Shown here: in pieces, positions 29,898 through 37,756 of the stretch | Numbering within the stretch: position 1 is the first letter of the stretch | Layout: every line of letters starts with the position of its first letter | Source of the DNA: an uncultured Shewanella sp. | GTDB taxonomy: Bacteria; Pseudomonadota; Gammaproteobacteria; Enterobacterales; Shewanellaceae | Direction of reading: 5' to 3' | NCBI RefSeq assembly: GCF_947501665.1 | Contig: NZ_CANMWS010000011.1 | Coordinates: forward strand, 1,382 to 65,381 | Length of the DNA: 64,000 nt | Made by a program: the position numbers and the translations under genes | The notes under the pieces: model-generated | Seen by the model: the letters and a program-made list of their open reading frames with translations, nothing else | Told to the model about the DNA's origin: nothing | Databases searched by the model: none

Positions 29898-31067
29898 TTA
29901 GAAATACAACCTAGCAATTTTTTCTAATTCTTGATTAAAACTTTCAACATCAGGGGACTCTAAAGTAAAAGTAAAGTCTAAAGTTACATGCTCATCATTA
30001 TGTGCAAGATTCTCTAGTGTTTCAGGAATTTCGATATGAACACGATTCACAAACTGCTCAATTTTGACGAGAGAATCATCTGAAAAACCTGATAATACTT
30101 TCAGTATTGGCTCAAAGTCTTCATTGACCTCTAGAGTAGTAAATGAAAGTTTCCAGTTGATAATTTGCTCGTAAACTTCAAGTAACCTCTGGCACACATG
30201 CTGTATTTTACGATAATCACCTTGTTTGCCAGGCTCACCAAACGACTTCAACACAGCATCTTTGACTAAAATTGTTGTGATTCTGATTAGTTTAAGCATC
30301 TCTTTATTGTGCGACGTAATCCAATCTAACACGTCTTGAGGTTCTTCAATAACAACTACATCGTTAAAGGAAATTCCGTATTCTAGGTCGAATTTTTTGT
30401 GTTCCAAACGATCTAGATATGTTTTGCATAGCAAAGCAAAAAGTAAATGTTCCCAGCCATCTGGTTTTTCAATCACTAACCTTGTTGCGTGAGGTGGGAA
30501 GAGATCCGAAGGTAGGTTTACTTCATTAACCTTCAGTTTTTTCCGAGCCTCTAAAGAGTCCATGAAAAGATAAGGTATTTGCTGAAGTAAAGCTGACTTG
30601 ATATCAGAGGCAGTATCAAACTTGTACACCCAGTTTGATTTAAAATGTGAAACATTTTCAACAAACTCGAATACTTTTTGGTTTTCTACATGGCTTGAAA
30701 AATCAGCATCTGGGTTATTCTTCCAAATGGGGAGGATATCCAAAATACCCGTGTTTACAAATACATAAATTGGTATACCTTTTCTTTTAGCTTCCAAGTA
30801 TTCAAGGTTTGTTATTGACTTCCCACCGTCAGTTTGAAAACCGTAACGGCTACCAATGATCAATACAAATATATCGGCTTTTTCTCGAACATTTCGGAGA
30901 CAATTAGAAATAGTATCCGTATCGGGAAAAACTGGAAATGAGTCATATTCAGACAATACTGGCTCAAGACCAAATGTTTGGATTAGATCCCTGATGTCAG
31001 ATCGAACTTGACCTAAGTCAAAACACGTTGAACTAACGAAAACTGTTGGTTTATAGCCAACTGGCAT
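29898..31067 (-). CDS. DUF4062-type (TIR-like / nucleoside 2-deoxyribosyltransferase-like) N-terminal domain protein with an uncharacterised C-terminal half of about 210 aa
   Basis: N-terminus TVFVSSTCFDLGQVRSDIRDLI...ADIFVLIIGSRYG...ITNLEYLEAKRKGIPIYVFV follows the DUF4062 pattern as I remember it. I recognise no family for the C-terminal half. Confidence 0.7.
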   Translation of the reverse strand: MPVGYKPTVFVSSTCFDLGQVRSDIRDLIQTFGLEPVLSEYDSFPVFPDTDTISNCLRNVREKADIFVLIIGSRYGFQTDGGKSITNLEYLEAKRKGIPIYVFVNTGILDILPIWKNNPDADFSSHVENQKVFEFVENVSHFKSNWVYKFDTASDIKSALLQQIPYLFMDSLEARKKLKVNEVNLPSDLFPPHATRLVIEKPDGWEHLLFALLCKTYLDRLEHKKFDLEYGISFNDVVVIEEPQDVLDWITSHNKEMLKLIRITTILVKDAVLKSFGEPGKQGDYRKIQHVCQRLLEVYEQIINWKLSFTTLEVNEDFEPILKVLSGFSDDSLVKIEQFVNRVHIEIPETLENLAHNDEHVTLDFTFTLESPDVESFNQELEKIARLYF

Positions 31068-31098
31068 ATTTAACCCTCATACTTTTTTATTGTGTACG

Positions 31099-31215
31099 CC
31101 CTAACCTTTGTATATTGCACATGTTCGCTCATCATGCCCTCGATTTAACCAACATGACAACACTCTTACCTACTCTCTGTTAGTCAAAACACATCACTAA
31201 TACATTGTATTTAAA
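31099..31215. repeat. Island repeat family 1, full unit
   Basis: CCTAACCTTTGTATA (31099-31113), CATGTTCGCTCAT, and motif B ending in the palindrome AATACATTGTATT (31199-31211). It lies 32 nt upstream of the 31067 start codon. Confidence 0.7.
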
Positions 31216-31423
31216 TCTATTAAGCTGAGATAGTCATAAAACTATAAGCTGCTTGCTCTCATATTGACTAGGAAAATACCACCAAAGTATTAACTTTGTA
31301 AACTAAATGTTTGTTTTTGATAATGATAGAAGTGCACACTATTGATTCAGATCACAACTTTATGGATACCTCCTATTAATACACACTCAAATCAAAGTAA
31401 CACCCTGCTTTTGATGTTCAACT

Positions 31424-31545
31424 CAGTGTAAACACGGTTGTGGCCGTCCGTGACATGGATGTCACGGCCGAAGCTATAGGGATATACTTGCGCTGTGTTA
31501 CAAGTGTGTTTGCACAAAAGCCTGCTGCAAGCGATTAGCATCAAT
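31424..31545 (+). ncRNA. Structured element copy 1 (candidate ncRNA or structured DNA element, unassigned)
   Basis: Closing helix GTGTAAACAC (31426-31435) / GTGTTTGCAC (31506-31515), inner hairpin CCGTGACAT-GG-ATGTCACGG (31448-31467), and a conserved tail GCACAAAAGCCTGCTGCAAGCGATTAGCATCA. Strand is inferred from G-U wobbles. Confidence 0.45.
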
Positions 31546-31786
31546 AAGATCAGAATTAATGGAAAACCAGTCCAACACCAAATAGCCTAAATGAATACAT
31601 CAAAAATGTGATCAACTTTCATTTGAAAGCTTACCTATGTAAGTAAGCACTCACTACAATCCATTAAGCGAAGCTTCATCTCTTCGAGCCAGCATAAAAC
31701 AATAAACAAAAATTTAGAATGTAGGTAGCTATAATTAAGCCCCTTCTTTTGATTTTGTCTTTGCTTTCATCTTTGCTTTTAAACCC

Positions 31787-31909
31787 CAGTGTAGATGCAA
31801 CTGTGACCGTTGATGGCAGGGATGCCATCGTCGAACTTACATGGAGTGTACTTGCAGTGTGTCACAGAGGTATCTGCACAAAAGCCTGCGGCAAGCAATT
31901 AGCATCATC
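31787..31909 (+). ncRNA. Structured element copy 2 (paralogue of 31424-31545)
   Basis: Closing helix GTGTAGATGC (31789-31798) / GTATCTGCAC (31870-31879) and inner hairpin GATGGCA-GGGA-TGCCATC (31812-31829), with the same conserved tail. The helices are kept by compensatory changes relative to copy 1. Confidence 0.45.
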
Positions 31910-32102
31910 AAGGGAACAAGTAAACAGGAAAGAACATTTAAGTATAAAACTTAATCAAAAGGGGGATACCTTCACTAGAAGGTTAAACTTAGGTGCTGAA
32001 ATAAAAGTCACTAGGCAATAACACTGAGTGCCGCATTAAAAGCGACACTCAACATGAGCTCAAATGCTCTAGCTCAAACTCTATTGAGCGGCTTAAAACC
32101 GA

Positions 32103-32489
32103 TCAATGATTACAATCTGGGCCATGTTCGTGATCGTCATCCATAAACTCATCATCGCCTTCTTGATGCTGCATCACGCCCCAACCATCACTCATGCCGC
32201 CAAACTCCCCCGCAAACTCATTGAGGCTAGATTCTTGCGATACAAGGGCTTCATATTCAGGCACCATGTTTAAGCATACAATGAGTTCCCACTTACCTGA
32301 CTCATCGTTTAACAAGAGCTCTGCTTCACCTTCTAAATCTTTCGTTTGAATATCTTCAAGTGCCGATTCAGCATCCCTTTGATCGTCAAAAACTAAAAAG
32401 AAATCAATATCAAGTGCTTTTGATAAATCGATGCCAGCATCGGCCATTGCCGCTAACATTTTACCATTGTCATCATCAGGGTATTGCAT
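32103..32489 (-). CDS. RraB-like (regulator of RNase E activity B family) acidic protein
   Basis: 128 aa, very acidic, with an ...DGWG... core and an Asp/Glu-rich tail, as in E. coli RraB/YjgD. Confidence 0.55.
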   Translation of the reverse strand: MQYPDDDNGKMLAAMADAGIDLSKALDIDFFLVFDDQRDAESALEDIQTKDLEGEAELLLNDESGKWELIVCLNMVPEYEALVSQESSLNEFAGEFGGMSDGWGVMQHQEGDDEFMDDDHEHGPDCNH

Positions 32490-32557
32490 ATTTCACTCCA
32501 CTTACATCTTCATCGACACGGCATTGATACCATATCAACACTCAATGACTTTGCCTA

Positions 32558-32788
32558 TTAAGGCGCCACAACGGTGACCGACTCACCTTTAAACGTCACG
32601 GTCTCGCCCGCAATCACTTTTTTGCGTTTACGAGTATCCACCTCACCATTGACCATGACTAGGCCTTCGGCAATCACGTGTTTTGCCTCACCGCCCGCAC
32701 TCATCCAACCTTGCACCTTTAATACTTTATAAAGCTCTATGTATTCTTCACCCGCTAACAAGGTTAGCTCTGCTATTTCGTTACTCAC
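32558..32788 (-). CDS. ybcJ: S4-domain RNA-binding protein, YbcJ family
   Basis: 76 aa with the LYKVLKVQGWMSAGGEAKHVIAEGLVMVNGEVDTRKRKKV pattern. Confidence 0.8.
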   Translation of the reverse strand: MSNEIAELTLLAGEEYIELYKVLKVQGWMSAGGEAKHVIAEGLVMVNGEVDTRKRKKVIAGETVTFKGESVTVVAP

Positions 32789-32985
32789 GCCAAATTCGCC
32801 TTTATCAAAATGTATCGCGGCGTATTATACCTCAACGCATTAAACCTGTCTGTTTCACTATTTCAACTTAAGTGATAAATTGACAGCAATAAAAAATGAG
32901 TAACAGCACAATACTATTACTCATTTCTCTATAGCCCTAAGCTTGTCAGCAACCTTAAGGTCAATCCAATATTGAAAAATGGCGA

Positions 32986-33264
32986 TTAACCGCGGCTAGT
33001 CACTTCAAGCAAGTGATAACCAAACTGGGTCTTAACGGGACCTTGGACTTCATTTAATGGTGCACTAAATACAACTTCATCAAATTCTTTCACCATCATG
33101 CCTGGTCCAAATGATCCTAAGTCGCCGCCTTGAGACGATGAAGGGCAAGTAGAGTTCGCTTTAGCAACGTCGCCAAAATCAGCACCCTCTAGGATTTCTT
33201 GTTTTAACTCAGCACATTTTTCTTCAGTGCTCACTAAAAGGTGTCTTGCTGTGGCTTGTACCAT
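32986..33264 (-). CDS. ppiC: Parvulin-type peptidyl-prolyl cis-trans isomerase C
   Basis: ARHLLV...GGDLG.F..G.MV..FD..VF...QFGYHLLEV is collinear with E. coli PpiC. The start is moved to the Met giving a 92-aa product. Confidence 0.88.
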   Translation of the reverse strand: MVQATARHLLVSTEEKCAELKQEILEGADFGDVAKANSTCPSSSQGGDLGSFGPGMMVKEFDEVVFSAPLNEVQGPVKTQFGYHLLEVTSRG

Positions 33265-33414
33265 AATGTTACTCCAAAATAAAAGTAAACCGATGCGCAC
33301 TTAAGCACATCGATATAATGAACCCAGACAGTATAAAAACAAAAAGCAACTTTAAAAAGCCCTATCGCTGATTTGTTTAAAAATACTCAATCAAGGGCCA
33401 ATGATTGTAAGCGT

Positions 33415-35244
33415 TTAATGACGGTGTTGTTTAAGCTGCTCAGCCGTCCAATTGTGAATTTTTAATGTCAGTACTTCCATAGGCAATGCGCCCGATGTCA
33501 GCACTTGATCATGAAAAGCCCGTAAATCAAACTGCTCCCCCAATTCTGCCTGCGCTTCTTTCCTTAATGCCAATATTTTCAACTGACCCACTTTATAAGA
33601 GAGTGCTTGCCCTGGAATGGCCATATAACGTTCAACTTCTGCGGTAATATCAGACTCCGCCATAGGCGAGTTATCTTTCATGTATTGAATGGCTTGCTCT
33701 CGGCTCCAGCCTTTTGCATGCAAACCAGTGTCGACAACTAAACGCATGGCTCTAAGCATTTCATCAGACAATTTACCAAAATATTGATAGGGATCCTTAA
33801 AGAGGCCCATCTCTATGCCTAAATACTCAGCATATAACGCCCACCCCTCTTCAAAAGCATTATACCCTCCAAAGCGCTGAAACTCAGGTACACCAGTGAG
33901 CTCTTGTTTAATGGCAATTTGAAAATGGTGGCCCGGCGCGGCTTCATGAAGTGATAACGTCGTAGTGCCCCATTTAGGCTGCGCTTTTAGATTATAAGTA
34001 TTGATATAAAACACCCCAGGGCGAGAGCCATCCACCGCAGGCGCTTCATATGAGGCGCCAGCTGCCGATTGCTCTCTGAAACTTTCTACGGGTTTAACCA
34101 CATAATCCGCTTTGGGCATGACATCAAAATAATCGGGTAACTTGGCATTAATCTTATCTTTCAGCTGCATATAAGCGTCAATAAGGGCTTCTTTATTGTC
34201 AAAGAAGTATTGTGGCTGTGATGAAAGCGATGTAAAAAATGCGGCTAAATCGCCTTTAAAGCCCACTTGTTCACGCACTTTATCCATTTCAGAACGGATC
34301 CTCGCCACCTCTTTAAGCCCCATTTGATGGATCTCATCAACAGGCAGAGTCGTCGTCGTATGCTCATTGGCTAATTGTTGATACCAAAGCTTACCATTAG
34401 GCAGCCCCCACCATCCATCACTGCCTCTTGCCGCAGGTAAATAACGCGTCTCTAAATAGGTTTTAAAATCTGACAGTGCTGGAACAAGTTGTTCCAGAAT
34501 TAACGCACGATATTGTGTGGTGAGTTGTTGCTTTTCGCTATCGGTAAAATCAGTTGGAAAATGAGTGATAGGCTGATAAAAAACACTTTCAGTAACATCT
34601 TCAACTAATTGCGCTTGTAACTGTGGGATCATACGTTCCACCAACACACGTGGCAGCACAACTTGACTCTCGATGCCTTCATTCATTCGGCTTTTCGCAT
34701 CACTGAGCCACTGAATAAAGGCTTTTATTCGAGCTTGCCAGTTTTCATAATCTTGTACTGTATTAAAAGGCTGAGCACTATCACCACTGCCTAATTGCAC
34801 CATAGTGATAATGTCGCTGGAAAATTGATCCATGGGCATAAAGTAATGAGGAAATGCCTCATCTGCTAAAGCCATATTCCTGTCATACATGAACACATCG
34901 TAGCTTAACTGCAATTGAGTGGGCAGCGCTTGACGATCAATCTTTTTCAATTTAGCTAAATATTGAGTATTAAGCTCATGGCGTTGTTTTAAATACTCGT
35001 CGGTCAAATCGTTTGTAAACTGATCATTATAATCATGTACACCAACAAACGTGGCCTCAAGTGGATTGAGCTTTAAGTAATCTTTGAAATACTGATCCAC
35101 TAGATTTAAATATTGCTGCTCTTGGCTCTCATTAAGAGTCGACTGTGCGTTGGCTTGATTTTCTGCTACTTTTGGCGTCTCGGGTGAGCAAGCACTCACA
35201 CCTAATGTTAATCCCACCCAAATGGCTAAAACTGCTTTTTTCAT
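33415..35244 (-). CDS. DUF885-family lipoprotein
   Basis: Lipobox (GVSAC), 609 aa, with an HE..PGHH zinc-like motif (LHEAAPGHHFQ) typical of DUF885. Confidence 0.8.
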   Translation of the reverse strand: MKKAVLAIWVGLTLGVSACSPETPKVAENQANAQSTLNESQEQQYLNLVDQYFKDYLKLNPLEATFVGVHDYNDQFTNDLTDEYLKQRHELNTQYLAKLKKIDRQALPTQLQLSYDVFMYDRNMALADEAFPHYFMPMDQFSSDIITMVQLGSGDSAQPFNTVQDYENWQARIKAFIQWLSDAKSRMNEGIESQVVLPRVLVERMIPQLQAQLVEDVTESVFYQPITHFPTDFTDSEKQQLTTQYRALILEQLVPALSDFKTYLETRYLPAARGSDGWWGLPNGKLWYQQLANEHTTTTLPVDEIHQMGLKEVARIRSEMDKVREQVGFKGDLAAFFTSLSSQPQYFFDNKEALIDAYMQLKDKINAKLPDYFDVMPKADYVVKPVESFREQSAAGASYEAPAVDGSRPGVFYINTYNLKAQPKWGTTTLSLHEAAPGHHFQIAIKQELTGVPEFQRFGGYNAFEEGWALYAEYLGIEMGLFKDPYQYFGKLSDEMLRAMRLVVDTGLHAKGWSREQAIQYMKDNSPMAESDITAEVERYMAIPGQALSYKVGQLKILALRKEAQAELGEQFDLRAFHDQVLTSGALPMEVLTLKIHNWTAEQLKQHRH

Positions 35245-35304
35245 TTTTATTTTACCTTATCAATAAACCGTCATTTTTTTCCTATACTAAAGGAAAGACC
35301 GTCA

Positions 35305-35820
35305 ATGGAGCTGATCATGATGTATGCTGTTAATCAATCCGATATTCGCGATCCTGACACTGGGATATACAATTACACTTATTTTTTAGAATCCTTCCAG
35401 CATGAATGGAAACGCCATATTAGAGAGAATGAGAGCTTAATGTTATTGTATCTGTGCCCAAACATTCATGAAAACGTCACTCAACCTTACTTATTAAAAT
35501 CGTTAATAAACCATGTTCAATCAAATCTCAGAAACAGTGATTTATTTGGCAGGCTTGATCCCCATCGCTTTGCTATTGCCATTTTTTCAGTGACACCAGC
35601 TGTCACTCAAGTGATCATTAACCGTATTGAAAAAACCATTTTAGATTTTAATCATCAATACAGCCAACAACATGCTAGCAATGTTGATTTTACGTTAGCC
35701 GCCTGTACCTGTAAGCCAAACAATACTCTTCACATCGAATTATTATTTGAAAAGCTAGAGCAGATCAGTAACGAAATAAACTACTCAAAAGACAAAGTGA
35801 CAGTGATTTCTCATTTATAA
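35305..35820 (+). CDS. Stand-alone degenerate GGDEF-like domain protein
   Basis: RDPDTGIYNYTYFLESF resembles the GGDEF N-terminal D.LTGL.NRR.F segment. The GG(D/E)EF position reads LDPHRF, so it is probably catalytically inactive. Confidence 0.45.
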   Translation: MELIMMYAVNQSDIRDPDTGIYNYTYFLESFQHEWKRHIRENESLMLLYLCPNIHENVTQPYLLKSLINHVQSNLRNSDLFGRLDPHRFAIAIFSVTPAVTQVIINRIEKTILDFNHQYSQQHASNVDFTLAACTCKPNNTLHIELLFEKLEQISNEINYSKDKVTVISHL

Positions 35821-35839
35821 CGAACTGTATATAAGCAAT

Positions 35840-35865
35840 AAAAAAGCCCCTAGCAGGGGCTTTTT
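35840..35865. terminator. Bidirectional intrinsic terminator
   Basis: AAAAAA-GCCCCT-agc-AGGGGC-TTTTT. Confidence 0.8.
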
Positions 35866-35884
35866 AAACGCATAATGTTAGCCA

Positions 35885-37132
35885 TTATAAGCTGACATTA
35901 TGGATCCGTGCTTTCTCTTCAATATAAGACAAGTAACTAGTCGCACTGCGTTTTGTCTTTTTATCATTTGCCGCAAGTTTCGCGCGTTTATAAGCTTGCT
36001 TGTATTCCTTTAAACTTAAATACGCTAGTGCTAACTCAAATTGCGCTTCACCTGGATTTTTAATGCCAGCAGATAATGACTTCTTCAACGCTGTCACTGC
36101 GGGTTTATAATTTCCCTCAAGCGCTAACGTTCGACCTTGTTTTAAGTAAAGCTCACCATCATTATCAATAGCCGCTGCTTTACCATAATAACTGGCCGCC
36201 TCTTTTAGTGCTTTCGCGTTATGATAAAAACCTGCCAACGTACTTAAGTTTTTCTCATTGGTCTCAATTAAACCTGATTTTACAGCTTTTTCATACACTG
36301 TTGCTGCTTGATAAGGTGAGCCTTTTTGTGCAAGCAATTGAGATAAACGAGTCACATTGGCGCCGGTTTCTAAAAAGCCATTTTTATACGCTAAATCATA
36401 AGTGGCCAAAGACTTAGTGTAATCTTCAGTCATCAAATAAAATTGCGCTAATTGTACCCAAAGACGTTTATCGTCTTGGAACAAAGGCACCATCACTTCA
36501 AGTACTTTAACGGCATTCTTATATTGTTTCTTATTAAAGTAAGCCGTTAACTTCATTTGATAAAGCCCTTTATCAGGCTTCTCACTCAATGCAATGCCTT
36601 TATCGACAACTTCAAGTACTTTGTCCCAGTTTTTCTCTTCAGAATAAGCAATACCAATACGACGGTATACTTGCGCTTCTTCCTTACAAGTAAAGCTCAT
36701 CCAATCATAATAGTAAGGGATCGCTTGTTTAAACTGTTTCTCTTGCAGCAACAAGTCAGCATATAAACGCATCGTTCCCGCATGATCGACACCCCCTAAT
36801 ACATTGGCATCAACAGCTTCTTTCAAGTACTTGAGAGCTTTCTTCATTTGCCCTTTTTCGGCATAGAAGTTACCTAACATTCGCGCGACATAGGCTTTAT
36901 CAAAGGCTTTTCTAGGGTTGGCTTCAAGCAATATGCTCAATGCTTCATCTAAATTACCTTCACTGTAAGCAGCAAATGATTTTTGTACTTTTTTAGCGAC
37001 ACTTTGACCTACCGCTTTAGACTGGCGCGCATCGATTGGGCATTTCTCGGCCGCATAGGCACTGCCAACAAAAGCAGTACTACTGGCTAAAGAAAGAACA
37101 AGTGCGGCAGCGATTGAATTCATCTTACGCAT
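35885..37132 (-). CDS. Periplasmic TPR-repeat protein, last gene of the TonB cluster
   Basis: Signal peptide and multiple TPR repeats. This is the conserved terminal gene of DUF3450-ExbB-ExbB-ExbD-TonB-TPR clusters. Confidence 0.7.
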   Translation of the reverse strand: MRKMNSIAAALVLSLASSTAFVGSAYAAEKCPIDARQSKAVGQSVAKKVQKSFAAYSEGNLDEALSILLEANPRKAFDKAYVARMLGNFYAEKGQMKKALKYLKEAVDANVLGGVDHAGTMRLYADLLLQEKQFKQAIPYYYDWMSFTCKEEAQVYRRIGIAYSEEKNWDKVLEVVDKGIALSEKPDKGLYQMKLTAYFNKKQYKNAVKVLEVMVPLFQDDKRLWVQLAQFYLMTEDYTKSLATYDLAYKNGFLETGANVTRLSQLLAQKGSPYQAATVYEKAVKSGLIETNEKNLSTLAGFYHNAKALKEAASYYGKAAAIDNDGELYLKQGRTLALEGNYKPAVTALKKSLSAGIKNPGEAQFELALAYLSLKEYKQAYKRAKLAANDKKTKRSATSYLSYIEEKARIHNVSL

Positions 37133-37137
37133 CTATA

Positions 37138-37755
37138 TTACCTCCCTTTATCCAATTTAAAGTCGAGTTGTACTGTTAAACCAGGTTGTTTAATGGCTTT
37201 ACCATCAACAATTTTAGGCTTGTACTTCCACTTACGTAAGGCTTTACGCGCTTCTTTGTTGAACACACGCTTAGGTTCGGCCTTGATCACTTTAACGTCT
37301 TCAACACCACCGATTTCATTAATGGTAAAACTCAGTTGTACCCAACCTTCTTTACCATCACGAGCAGCAGCAATCGGGTATTGTGGTTCAATACGAACAA
37401 TCGGTGTCGCATCCCCATCACGGGTCATCATACTCCCCATTTTAAAGCCAGTATCAGTTGCTCCTGCATTTACTCCTCCCATTGAAAAAGACATATTGGT
37501 ATCTATTTCAGATGAGCTGTCAGGTGGCGTGATATCCGGTTTAGGCGGCTGCTCAGGCGGCGTTGGTGGCTTAGGTCTTACTCGAGGTTTATTTTGTGCT
37601 GTCGAATCAGCTCTGTCCATTGTGAGTACTATCACAGGAGACTCTTCCTTGATAGGGGCCCGTGTAGGGCCTCCACCGACAAGAAAAGCCATAAATACAA
37701 ACAGAGCAAAAGTCACAGCACCACCAATTATCAATGATACTATTACTCTTAGCAT
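37138..37755 (-). CDS. tonB: Energy transducer TonB
   Basis: N-terminal TM helix, Pro-rich spacer (KPRVRPKPPTPPEQPPKPDITPP) and a C-terminal TonB domain (EGWVQLSFTINEIGGVEDVKV). Confidence 0.85.
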   Translation of the reverse strand: MLRVIVSLIIGGAVTFALFVFMAFLVGGGPTRAPIKEESPVIVLTMDRADSTAQNKPRVRPKPPTPPEQPPKPDITPPDSSSEIDTNMSFSMGGVNAGATDTGFKMGSMMTRDGDATPIVRIEPQYPIAAARDGKEGWVQLSFTINEIGGVEDVKVIKAEPKRVFNKEARKALRKWKYKPKIVDGKAIKQPGLTVQLDFKLDKGR

Positions 37756-37756
37756 A

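Noticed and set aside
27845-31211. LexA (SOS) boxes at the palindromes TAATACACTGTATTA, TATACTGTATAGTATA and AATACATTGTATT.
   Set aside because: Each contains only one CTGT half-site. The required ACAG is absent 8 nt downstream, so none fits CTGT-N8-ACAG.
24000-31300. Integron cassette array (CALIN): same-strand small genes separated by repeats of about 100 bp, several containing CCTAAC (RYYYAAC-like) or GTTAAGC/GTTAGG (GTTRRRY-like).
   Set aside because: No intI gene or attI is present in the window. Within each repeat unit I could not find a properly spaced, mutually complementary R''/R' pair. For example, the 29701-29897 spacer has GTTAGG on the minus strand but no AAC triplet upstream of it, and it has CCTAAC on the plus strand but no GTT downstream. 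L''/L' pairing also fails. This still deserves a formal attC covariance-model scan.
31424-31909. Type III toxin-antitoxin-like arrangement, with the two structured copies acting as antitoxin RNA repeats upstream of the DUF4062 gene.
   Set aside because: Known type III antitoxins are short (about 35-45 nt), directly abutting repeats on the toxin strand. These units are about 122 nt long, separated by about 240 nt, and their wobble pairs favour the strand opposite to the gene.
31749-32021. 90-aa plus-strand ORF from the track.
   Set aside because: It overlaps structured copy 2. The paralogous copy 1 has a frame-shifting 1-nt indel and a stop in the equivalent frame, so it shows no coding conservation. 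It also starts at a non-ATG codon and has no SD.
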